A DNA stretch of 60,335 nucleotides from Lentisphaerae bacterium ADurb.BinA184. Lineage in GTDB: Bacteria; Verrucomicrobiota; Lentisphaeria; Oligosphaerales; MVZH01. The translations under genes were made by a program, and so were the position numbers. The stretch is from the NCBI GenBank assembly GCA_002068325.1, contig MVZH01000001.1, positions 1 through 60,335 of the forward strand, in the 5' to 3' direction. The notes beneath the pieces are model-generated. The model did not search any database. It saw only the letters and a list, made by a program, of their open reading frames with translations, and was not told the origin of the DNA. Below are positions 20,201-32,200 of the stretch, in pieces; the first letter of the stretch is position 1, and each line of letters opens with the position of its first letter.

Positions 20201-23200
20201 TACGAGGACCCGGACGACGCCAACAACGCGACGCCGTCGGCGGACACCGTGGCCATCGCCGTTGATGAGCTGGTGCCCGGCGTTCCCCTCGACGTGACCT
20301 TGGCCCGCGGCGGCGACCGCGTCTACCAGATCGTCGTCGCCGAGGGCGAGACGCTGCGCGTCCGCCTGACCGCCACCGACCCGAATGCCGCCAATGAGTT
20401 GTTCCTACGCTACGGCGACGTGCCGAACGCCATCCTGTACGACGCCGTCTACACCGGCGGCCTGGCCGCCAGCCAGACGCTCACCGTCGGTGACACGCGC
20501 CCCGGCACGTACCTGCTGCTGGTGCGCAACCAAGCGGCGACGAGTCAGACGCTCGCGGCGACCCTGCAGGCCGACCTGCTGCCCCTGACCATTGACGACG
20601 TCGAGGTTGACCAGGGCGGCGACGCGCGCTACGTCACCGTCACCATCACCGGCGCCGGCTTCAAGGACGGCGCGCAGGTGAAGCTGGTGCGCCCGGGCAT
20701 CGAGGAGCGCGAGGCCGTCGGCAGCCGCGTGCTCCGCGGGGTGACGATCCAGGCCACCTTCGACCTGACCGGCGCCGTGCACGGGCTGTACGACCTCGTC
20801 GTCACCAACCCCGGCGGCGAACAGGCCGTCGTGCCTTATCGTTTTCTGGTTGAACGGGCCCTCGAACCCAGCGTGGTCGTCGGCCTCGGCGGCCCGTATG
20901 CCGTGCCCTTCTACACGACCGGACGTTTCGCGTTCAGCATCCGCAACCCCGGCAACGTTGACCTGCCGTACGTCAGCTTCACGGTGGCCGTCCCCGAGCT
21001 GGGAATCGTTGACGGCTTCTATGGGCGCTACCTGCATTCGACGACCACCGTGGGCGGCGCGCCCGAGGTCGAGGGTGTGCCCTGGGCCGAGCTCGATGCC
21101 CTGGCCAACCAGGGCGACGGACTGCTCATGGCGCCGGGCTACATCACCGGACTGGCGGCCGGCGCGACCACCGGCGCCACGCTGTGGACCGAGATCTGGC
21201 CCGATCTGGTGCCGCTGGTCGCCCAAGGGATGATGATCGTCCCGCCGCCGCCCGAGTTCGAGTACTTCGTCGTCGCCGCCGCCACACCGATGACCGCCGC
21301 CGAGTTCCTCGCCGAGCAGCGCGCCGAGGCCGAGGTCCTCCGCCTGGCCATCCTTGAAGACACTGCCGCCCCGGAGCCGCTCAAGAGCCTGGCCTCCGAC
21401 GCCGACACCTTCGCCGGCGCCTACCTCCTCGCCCTCGAACAGTCCGGCGTGCTGCGTTCCGAGGACCTGCCAACCGAGCTGCGCGACGCCCCCGCCATGG
21501 TGAGCCTCCTCTCCGTCCTCGCCGCCGGCGTGCTGGCCGGGCCGGCCGGAGAAACCCTCATCGCAGAGGGCGACCTGACGGCCTTCTTCACCCAGCTGCG
21601 CGCCTGGTATGGCCACGACGCGGACTCGCTCTACCGGACCGATTTCCACCCCGACGACCCCGACTGGACCGGGTACGCCGAAGACCCGACGATGGGGGTG
21701 GAGCGCATCGTCCTCCCCAACCTCGACGATCTCGGGCCGGGGCTGAGCGCCGACACCGCGCTGCTCGCCTTCCGCATCTGGGCCCACCTGTCAAACAGCA
21801 CCGGGCGCCATTTCCTGCCGGAACCGATGCCGCTGAACATCGAGGCCTATCTGGCCATGACCGCCTCGGCGAACCGGACAGCGCGGATGGACGGCCCGGT
21901 CGGCGCCGGACTCGAACAGTTCCTCCCGACCGGCTGGCCGCTGCCCTTCACCGTCTCGTTCGAGAACCCGGCGACCGCGGTCGACACCGCCAACGAGATC
22001 CGCATCGTCAGCGAGATTGACGACAGCCTCGGCCTGCGCACCTTCACCCTCGGCGACCTCCAGATCGGTGACGTCGCCGTCCACCTTCCCGCCGGCCGCG
22101 GCTACTTCCAGGGCGACTTCGATTTCACCGACGAGCGCGGCTTCGTGCTGCGCGTAAGCGCCGGCATGGATGTCCAGACCCGCATCGCGACGTGGCTGGT
22201 GCAGGCGATTGATCCGGCGACCGGCGAAGTCCTGCAGGATCGCAACGCCGGGTTGCTGCCGCCCGAGGACGGCACCGGGGCCGGCGGCGGCTTCGTCTCC
22301 TACTCGATCGAGCCGCTCCCGACCGCGGCCACCGGCGACGCCGTGACGGCGCAGGCGCGCGTCTTCGTCGGCGACCGTTCGCCCGAGGAAACGAACACGC
22401 TGACCTACGCGCTCGACACCGTCGCCCCGGTCACGCAGCTCACCGTCACCCCGTCGCCCGCCGACGCGAACGAGCTGCACCTGCACTGGCTGGCCAGCGA
22501 CGATGCCGGCGGCTCAGGCGTGGCCGCGGTCAGCGTGTATGTGTCGGTTGACGGCGGCGCGTGGGAAGCGGCGGACTTGGTGGACGATGGCAGCGGTAGC
22601 GGCGGGGTCTTTGTCGGCGAGACGGGGCGCGCGTACGAGTTCCTAGCCCTGGCCACGGACGCCGCCGGCAACAACGAGCAGGCCGGCCCTGGCGTCGTGG
22701 TCCCGAACCAGCCCGAACCCAACCTCGGGAGCCTGCCGGAAGTCCAGACCGGATCCCCGTCCAGCGATCTCGGCGAGGCGCCTGCCCCGAGCTACGAGCC
22801 GTCGAACTCACCACTCTTCGCCGAACTCGAGGCCGGCATCCCCGCCGCCGCCACGGGCGCGACACCGTCCGAGTACGCCGCCGTGCTCGCCCCGCTGACG
22901 GCCGAGGCCTTCGCCACCGGCATCCCCTCGAGTTCCGCCGGCATTGGCCCCCTGGCGATTGTCGAGCTGGCCGACGAGTCGGTCCTGGTCAGCGGCGGCC
23001 CCAGCCGGTCGTCCCTGTACCGCTTCACCCGCTTCGGCGGCGCCGCGGAAGCGCCCTTCGCCGAGCTGCCGTATCCGGTCTACGACCTTGCGCTCGATGC
23101 CGACGGCCGGCTGTGGGCCGCCACCGGGGGCGGGCCGCTGCTGTGGCTGGACGCCGCCACCGGCAGCGTCGTCAACGCCTACGGCGACGGGGTCACCCAG

Positions 23201-26200
23201 TCGGTCGAGATCGAACCCGCCACCGGCCGCCTCTTCGTCTCCATGGCTGACGGCATCGCCGTGTTCGACCCGGAGCGCGCAACCTTCACCATGGTCAGCG
23301 GCACGCGTGTCGGCAGCCTCGCCTTCTCGCCGGCCGGCGAGCTATGGGCCGCCCTTTGGCCGGAACGCGGCGGCGTCGTGGTCATCGGCGAGGACGGCAG
23401 CCCCACGCTCAAACTCGAATACGATCAGGCGATTGACTCGCTCGCCTTCGGACAGCCGGGCACCGACCTCGCGGACCTGCTGTTTGTCACCACCAATGGG
23501 GCCGGGCTGTCCGGCGCAGGCGGCGCCCTGATTGTGGTCGAGCTGCGGACGCTGCGCTCGGTGGTCGCGGCCGGCGGCGGCACACGCGGCGACATCGTGA
23601 TCGTGACCCGAGACGGCCGCGTGCTGGTCAGCCAGTCGCATCAGGTTGATGTGCTGCGTCCGCTGTTTGCCCCGCACGTGCAAAGCATCAACCCGCCCGA
23701 CCAGGTCATCGTCGCGCTGCCGTTCACGACGCTCGCCATCACGTTCGATACGGACATGAACGCCGGCCCGGCCACGGACGCGGGCTCGATCCTCAACCCG
23801 GACAACTACTGGGTCTACGGCGAGACGCTCGGCCCCGCCACCGTGACCGCGATCGCCTACGACGCCGCTACGCGCACCGTCCAGCTGACTCTCGCGCCGC
23901 TCGAACCGGACGTCTACCAGGTGCGGATCCGCGCCGCGGTCGCCAGCGCGGCCGGCCTGCCGATGGGCGAGGACTACGCCAGCTCATTCACCGCCGCCTC
24001 GGACTTCTCCAGCCAAGTCAGCATGCAGCTGCTCAATACGCGCTACGACCGCCGCCTCGCCGCCATCACCTACGACGTGCAGGTCACCAACATCGGCGAC
24101 TTCGACCTGCGGCCGCCGCTCATGCTGGTGCTCACGCCCGACGTCTTCTTCGGCGGCGAGCCGGCCGACGCCACAGGCCCGGACGCCAACGGCTGCTGGC
24201 TGCTGGACCTGGGCGCCGCGCTTGACGGGACGGCGCTCGAACCTGGCGCCTCGACCGTGCTCAAACCGGTCAGCCTGAACGTGCCGGGCGGCGTCGCCAC
24301 GGACTACGCGCACGGCGTGCTTGCCCTGCCCTATCCGAACGAGCGTCCCGTGATCGCCTCCGCCCCGGTCACCGCGGCCACCGCTGGCGCGCCGTACGCG
24401 TACGCCGTCACGGCGGAAGATCCTGACGGCATCCACCTGAGCTTCGTCCTGTTCGAGGCTCCGTCCGGAATGACGCTCGATCCGGCGACTGGCCTGCTCG
24501 CCTGGAGTCCCGATGCCGACAGCCCGTCCGAGGCGCCGGTGGTGTTGCGGGCGTACGACCGCCGCGGCGGCCATGCTGAGCAGGCATTCACCGTCGTCGT
24601 CGCCGGCGGCAATCACGTGCCGCAGATCACGTTGCCGGCCGGCCCGGTGCAGGCAAGCGAGGGCGTCGCCCTCACGCTCCCGATCAGTGTCGCCGACGCC
24701 GACGGCGACGCCATCAGCCTCGGCGCCGACAACCTGCCCGGCGGCGCCGTGCTCGACGTCGCCGCGCGCGTCATCCGCTGGACCCCCGGCTACGACCAGG
24801 CCGGCACCTACAAGAACGTCATGGTGCACGCTTCCGACGGACTTCGCCAGGCGTCGGCCTCGCTCACCATCGTCGTCGAGCCGCGCAACCAGCCGCCACA
24901 GGTGACGCCCATCGCCGACGTCGTCGTCCGCGAAGGCGACCGGGTCAGCCTCTTCGTGCGGGCCGACGATGCCGACGGCGACCCACTCCGCTTCCACTGC
25001 CCGATCCTGCCCGGCGGGGCCACGCTCCATCCGACCACCGGTCTCTTCGAGTGGACGCCAGGCTACACCCAGGCCGGCCAGTTCAGCATGACGTTCGCGG
25101 CCAGCGACGGCCACAGCATCGGCACCACCACGGTCGCCTTCACCATCCTCAACGCCAACGGCGCGCCCGTCTTCGACGACATCGGCGTCTTCACCGTCGA
25201 GGAAGGCCAGCCGCTCGCTTTCCGCGCCTTCGCCTTCGACCCCGACAACCCGGACTTCATCCCGCCCGACCCCACGGGCGACGGCGCCTATACCGACCTG
25301 CTCGGCACCGACCCGACCGTCATTGTCGCCGCCGACGGACTGCCCGCCGGCGCCGGGTTCGACCCGACTGCACTGTACTTCGACTGGACCCCCGCCTACA
25401 CCGACGCCGGCACACACGTGGTGACCTTCACCGCCACCGACGACGGCGGCGGCACCGGCACGCCCGCCGTCGTGCAGACCACCTGCACCATCACCGTCAC
25501 CAACCGCAACCGCGCCCCCGAGATTGCGGAGTTCGCAAACCTCAGTCTGCCGGTGGGGGCGACGCTCGCCGTGCCGGTCGCGGCGACCGATGCCGACGGG
25601 AATCCGGTCGTCCTCGCCGTGGACGGCCTGCCGGCCTTTGCAGCCTTCACCGATCACGGCGACGGCACCGGCACCCTCGACCTCGCCCCTGCCGACGGCC
25701 AGCGCGGCAACTACGCCCTCACCGTCGTCGCGACGGACAACGGTGACCTCGAAGGCCGGCGCGCCGCGCTCAGCGACAGCTTCACCTTCATCGTCACCGT
25801 CGAGCACCCCAACGAGTCCCCGGTCCTGTCCTTCACCGGCGACAAGGCCGTGGCCGTCGGCGACACGCTGAGTTTCCTGCTCTACGCCACCGACCCCGAT
25901 GAGGATGAACTGACGTTCTCCGCCACCGGCTTGCCGGCCGGCGCAACCCTTTCGCCACAAGTCATTTATGGACACGCGCTGGTGACATGGTCGCCGGCCG
26001 AGGCCGATCTCGGTTCCCACGCCGTGACCTTCCGCGTCACCGACAGCGGCAACGGCAACCCGGCCCTGATTGCCTTCGACGAGCTGTCGCTTCAGATCGT
26101 CGTGCGCGCGACGAACGCCGCCCCGACCATCGAGCCGGCCGCCCCCCTCGAAGTCACCGAAGAGCACCTCCTTGAGTTTGCCGTCGTCGCCGCCGACCCG

Positions 26201-29200
26201 GACGGCGATGCCCTGACCTTCAGCTCGACCAGCCTCCCGCCGGGGGCGACGCTCGACCCTGCGACTGGCGTCCTGCGCTGGACTCCCAACCGCCAGCAGG
26301 CCGGCAACTACACGGCGGTCAACATCACCGCCAGCGACGGGACGCGCTCGACGCCGGCGACGTTCGCCATCCGCGTGCTCAACCAGAACCAGGCGCCGCG
26401 GCTTGCCTACCGGCCGGCCCTGGCGATCCGCGAAGGCGAAGCCTTCAGCACAACCTTGGCCGCCAGCGACTACGACGGCGACGCCCTGAGTTTCAGCACC
26501 GCGGCGCCGCTGCCGGCCGGTGCCACGCTCGATCCCGCCACCGGCACCTTTGCGTGGACGCCGCACTCCGAGCAGGCAGGTGTGTACGAAGTCGGCCTCG
26601 TCGTCAGCGATCCCGGCGGGATGACCGACACCATGACGGTTCGTTTCGAGGTGCAGAACGTCAACCGCGCGCCGGTGCTCGTCGTGTCCGATCACTCCGT
26701 CGCCATCGGGACGACGCTTGCCTTCACGCTGCAGGCCACCGATGCCGACCTTGGCACTGTCCTCACCTTCGCGGCGGCCGCCCTGCCCGGCGGCGCGACC
26801 CTCGATCCGGCCACTGGTGCCTTCGCGTGGACGCCGGGGCCCGGTCAGGCCGGCGACTTCGTCGTCCAGTTCAGCGTCTCCGACGGCATCGCCACCACGA
26901 CGTTGCCCATGCTTGTGCGCGCCGCGGTGATGCCGGCGCCGCCCGCCGTCTTCGTCAGCCTTACGCCCAGTTTCCCGGTGACGCCGGGGGCGGCGGTCTC
27001 GATCCGGCCGCTGGCGGCGTCAGTTGCGGACCTCGCAACCGTGCGGTTGTTCGTTGACGGCGAGGAAGTGGCACTCGATGCCACCGGCCGCGCCGTGATC
27101 GCCGCCGGCGCGGTGGGGACGCACGCGGTCGAAGCCGTGGTCACGGATCTTGACGGCCTGGTGGGACGCGGCACGGCCACGCTGTGCGTGCGCGATCCCG
27201 CGAGCAACGCCCCGCCGAGCGTGTCGTTCGATGCCAGCCTCACCGGCGCAGTGCTCACGGACGCGACCCCGCTGCTGGCTACCGTTGAGGACACCGACTT
27301 GCTCGAGTGGCGCCTCGAGGTCACGCCCCTGGGCCGCGACACCGTGGTGTTCGCGGGCTCCGGCCGCACCCCGCTCGCGCACGCGGCGGCCGCCACGCTC
27401 GATCCGGCTTCGCTGACCAACGGCTTCTACACGCTGCGCCTGACCGCGACCGACGTGACCTCGCGCTCGGCGTCGGCGCAGGCCGTCATCGAGATCGCGG
27501 GGACGGCCAAGCCCGGCCGCTGCCGGCGCACGGACACTGACCTCACCGTCGCCTTCGCCGGCGGTGAACTGGCACTCGGTCACAGGTTCGACTCGATCGC
27601 CAAAGACATGCCCGGCACGCTCGGCCACGGCTGGAGCCTGGCCGGCTGCGAGTTCAATGTCGAGGGCGACACCGTGGAGCTGCCGTTCCACGACGGCACC
27701 CGCCTCTTCGTCACCTTCCCTGACGGCACCCGCGCCGCGTTCCGCTTCGCGCCGTCCGAGCACAGCGTGCCTGGACTGACGTGGTGGACGCCGGCCTGGG
27801 TTGCGGAGTCCGCAGTTCCGGCCGGCTGGTCGCTGGCCTCGGTGGCGACCCTCCTGACCCGCGGCGGCACGCGTTTCTACGACCTGCGCACCGGGCAGCC
27901 TTATCAGCCGGCGCAGTTCGCCGCGGACACCCGGGCCTGGTTCACGCTCACCGCTCCCGACGGCACGCGCTACGACCTGGCCGCCGACGGCGCGCTGGCC
28001 GCGGTCACCCGGCCCGGCGCCGGGCCGCTGGCCTTCAGCGGCGGCGCCATTGATGACGGCCGCGGCACCGCCGTGAGCGTCCCCCGGGACGACGCCGGCC
28101 GCATCATGAGCCTTGCTGCAACCGACGGTCGGCGAGTGACTTACGAGTATGACGACGCTGGCGATCTGGTCCGCGTACACGCGTCGTGGGTGGGGGCCTC
28201 GACGCTGCTCGGTTATGATCCGGCCGACCCGCACCGGCTCCTCCTAGTGGCCAACCCCGACGGCACCGGGGAATCCATCACCGACGACGGCGGGCACGAC
28301 ACGCTGCCCCTGGCGGCGAACCTCGGCCCGGCGGCGGACTTTGCCGGGCACCCCGTGACCGGCACGATCGCCGCCGGCGAGCTTGACCGCTACACCTTCG
28401 TCATCCGCGCGTCCGAAGTGTTGTCCAGCGTCACCGGCACCGTCCATCTCGGCGTCGAGGTTGGCGCGCTCTCCGGCGGTCTTGTGCCGGCCGTGCCGGC
28501 GATCCTGGGGATGATGCCGGTCTGGACCCTGGCGGAAGCAGGCCGTTCCGTGGCCCTGTTCGCATTGACGACGCCGGGGCTGTTCGCGCTCGACGTCACC
28601 GCCGCCACCGGCAACGGCGACTACCGGCTGGCGCTCTTCGTGGCCGGCGATGCCAACGAGGACGGGCGTGTGGACGGCACCGATGCACAAATCCTCGCCA
28701 CCGCCATGGGCACGCACACCGGCGATCCGGGCTACGTCCCCGCCGCCGACGCCAACCGCGACGGCGCCATCGCCCGCCACGATGCCGACCTGCTCTACGC
28801 GGGGTTCGGCTTCGCCGCCAACCGCCCGCCCGTGACCCAAGACAGCGCCGCCATGACGCACACCGACCTCGAACTGCGCTGGGCGATGACCAGCCTGGCC
28901 GCGGATGCCGAAGGCGACACCGTCGTCTTCCAGGTCACCGGCGCGACGCACGGCACGGCGAACCTCTCCGCCGACGGCACGACCGTGATCTTCCTGCCCG
29001 AGCCGGGCTACAGCGGCACGGCGTCGTTCTCGTACGTGGCCAGCGACGGCTACGGCGCCTCGGCCCCGGCCACGCTCACGGTCACGGTCAGCGACGCGCC
29101 GCTCATCGCCCTCGACATCACGACGCGGCGCCCGCGGATTGACGTCGGTCAGGGGGTGACGCTTCTGGCGGTCGGCGACTTTGCCGATCAGGCCGGCGTC

Positions 29201-32200
29201 TGGCTGCCGCCGTCCTACCTGGCCTTCACCAGTCACGACCCGGCCGTGGCGAGTGTGTCTTCGGAGGGTGTCCTGCTCGGATTGACGGCGGGCTCAGGAG
29301 CCGTCTCGATCACGGCCCGCGGGCTGGCCGCCACCACGGCGTTCCTGGTCGGCGACACGGCGACCGTGACCGACGCCGCGCTCGCCATCTTTGGGATCGT
29401 CGTCTACCCCGAGGCGGTCACCCTGCCGGCGGCCGGCGGCTCGCGCCAGATTCTCGTCGGGCAGGACACGGCCAACGACACGCCGGACATGCACACGGCG
29501 GCCGCGGGCACGCGCTACTTCCTCAGCGTTGTGGGGGTGGTGACGGTGACGCCAGACGGGGTGGTGCAGGCGGCGGGAGAGGGCGAGGCAGTCGTCACGG
29601 TGGTCTATCGGATGGCGGAGGCGCGGGTTCGCGTCCGCGTGGTTCAGCCGATCGCCAGCGGCGGCAGTGTGGGGGCGGCGGGTGGTGTGGTCTCGACGGC
29701 GGACGGTCTGAGCGTGGCGCTGGCGCCCGGCGCGTTGGGCGAGGCGACGGCAGTCAGCATCGAGTGGGCTACGGAAGGCGACCTGCCGATGGCGGCGCCG
29801 GGAGGGGCCAGTCACAACCCGGTGGCGTTCTTCGATCTCGACGTCGGGGGCGCAGTCATGGATCAGCCCGCGCAGTTCGCCGTGCCGTTGACCGGCGTGC
29901 CGGCCGGCGCGCGCGTCGTCTTCTACCGCGCCGCCGAATTCCCCGCGGCGGACGGGACCATGAGCCAGATCTGGATGGAAGTGGACGCCGGCGAGGTCGG
30001 CGACGACGGCGTCGCCCGCACCACCTCCCCCCCCTACCCGGGGCCGTACCGCGGCGGCTCGTATTGCATTGACTACTACAACGTATACAGCGGCATGCCC
30101 TGCACCGGCTACGTCTATCTGGCCGGCGCGCACATGATCGCCGGCGCGACCATGATCGCCGTCGCCTTCAACCCGATCAATCCCTGGGATGGCACCGGCG
30201 GCGCAGTGGACCTGATCCCGGGCGGGTTCGGCACCGGCCTCGACATCGCCCAGGGGCTGACATCCTTTGCCCGCGGCGTTCTCATGCTGCACCTGCCCTA
30301 CGGCGCCAGCACCTTCGAGCTGCGCCTGCTTCAGCCCGAGGGCGGACTGACCGTCCTGCAGAGCCAGGTCGAGATCGTCCCCGGCGGGCCCAGCACCTTC
30401 GAGACCGTGTTCGTGAACGACTTCGACCTCGACGAGCCGGCCCCCGCCATCGGCTCGATGCGCGTCGAGCTCGAGTCGGGCGAGCCCCTGCTGATCATCA
30501 CCGGCGAGCGCTTCCTCTACGCGGAGGACGAGGCGCCGCTGGTCGAGGGTCACCGCCTCGGTACGGCGGCCGGGGACCTGGCCGTCTGGTTCGAGCCGGC
30601 GACGGCCACAACCTCGTCCGAGGATCTGCGCTGGGCCGGGGAGATCGTCGCGTTCACGGACTTGGGCGGTGGCCGCGGCGAGTTGCGTGTGCGGGTGCCG
30701 CGTCACGTGGCGCTGGGTCTGGCGAACGTGACCGTGGCCCGTCGCGCCTCGCGCCGTTCCGCCGGCCCCGACGGCGAGCTCGTCTGGGATCACAGCCGCT
30801 TCTACCTGAGTGCCCCGGCGCAGCTGCGCGGCGACGGGCGGTACGTCTTCTTCTGCTCGGACGCCTGGGGCGACGAGATCGCGGTCATCACCGGCCTGGC
30901 CACACCGGGCGGCACGGGGGCGAACGAGCTGGTGGCGACGATTCCGGTCGGCGATCCGGCGGTACCGTTCGAGTGCCCCGAAGACACGGCGGCGACCGGC
31001 GACAACAGCCGCGTCTACGTCACGTTGCGTTATAGCGGCGCGGTGGCGGTCGTTGATGCCGTGGCGCTGCAGCAGCTCGACGCCTATGCCGATGATGCGG
31101 ACGACCCGGCGACGCTCGGGCTGAACGTGATTGACCTGCGCGCGGTGGTGCCCGGCGCCGAGCCCTACGAAGTGGCAATCGGCCCGGACAGCCGTTACGC
31201 CTATGTCGGCGACTACCGGCAGCCGCTGGTCTACATGCTCGACATTGACCCGGCGTCGCCCACCTACCACACCGTGGTGCGCACCCTCAACTTGGGAACG
31301 GACTTGGCCGCGAACGGTTGCCGCGACTTGGCGTTCGACAGCGACGGCCGCTACCTCTTCGTCGCCGCGCCCGCCCTCGAACGCTTCGCCCCCCTCGCCA
31401 ACTACTGGGGCCAGCCCGGCACGATCATGATCTATGACCTCGCCGATCAGGACGCGGTGGCCGGCGGCGCCCTCGAACCGCCGACCCAAGTGCTGCGCGT
31501 CGGCCGCTCGCCAGTCGGCCTGTCCGCAACCACCCGCGCCGACCTCATGGTCTACACCGACGACGAGTACGACCCCGGCGGCTTCGCCATCCTGCGCAAG
31601 GTCGGCGACCTCTGGGAGTACCACGAGCACGTCGGCCTGCAGCTGGGCAGCCAATACGACTCGCTGGACGTCAACAACGCCGTAGATGTCGTGGTCACCG
31701 CGGACCTGCGCTACGCTTTCATCGCCGCGGCCAACACCTACATCCGCGGGGTCTACTCGCACGATCCCTACCTGAACCCGTACCTGCCGGCCGGCGGCAA
31801 CGTGGGGATCATCCGCGACCCCTTCCTGCTGTTCCCCGAGATGCAGGGCCGCAAGAACCTGGTGGCCGCCACGCGCTCGCTGCCGTTCTCGTACACCGAG
31901 TCGCTGGCGCTCTCGCCCGACGGCGCCTACCTGTACGTCGCGTACTCCGGCCTGCGGTCGGTCATGGTCTACGACGTCGCGGCGATGATTGCCGAGCTGG
32001 AGTCCTCGCTCGACGTGCCCTACGACCAGGGCTACGTCCTCGACGTCGTGGCGGTCAACGACTTGGTTGACGGCTATGGCACGGGGACGAACCCGCTGAT
32101 TGATGTGCGCGCCGACTACCGCCCGATCTACGACGGCCCCGGCGGCCTGCCGATCTTCCAGGTGCCGGGCGGCGACCTGAATCCGCGCCGCCCGATCGTC

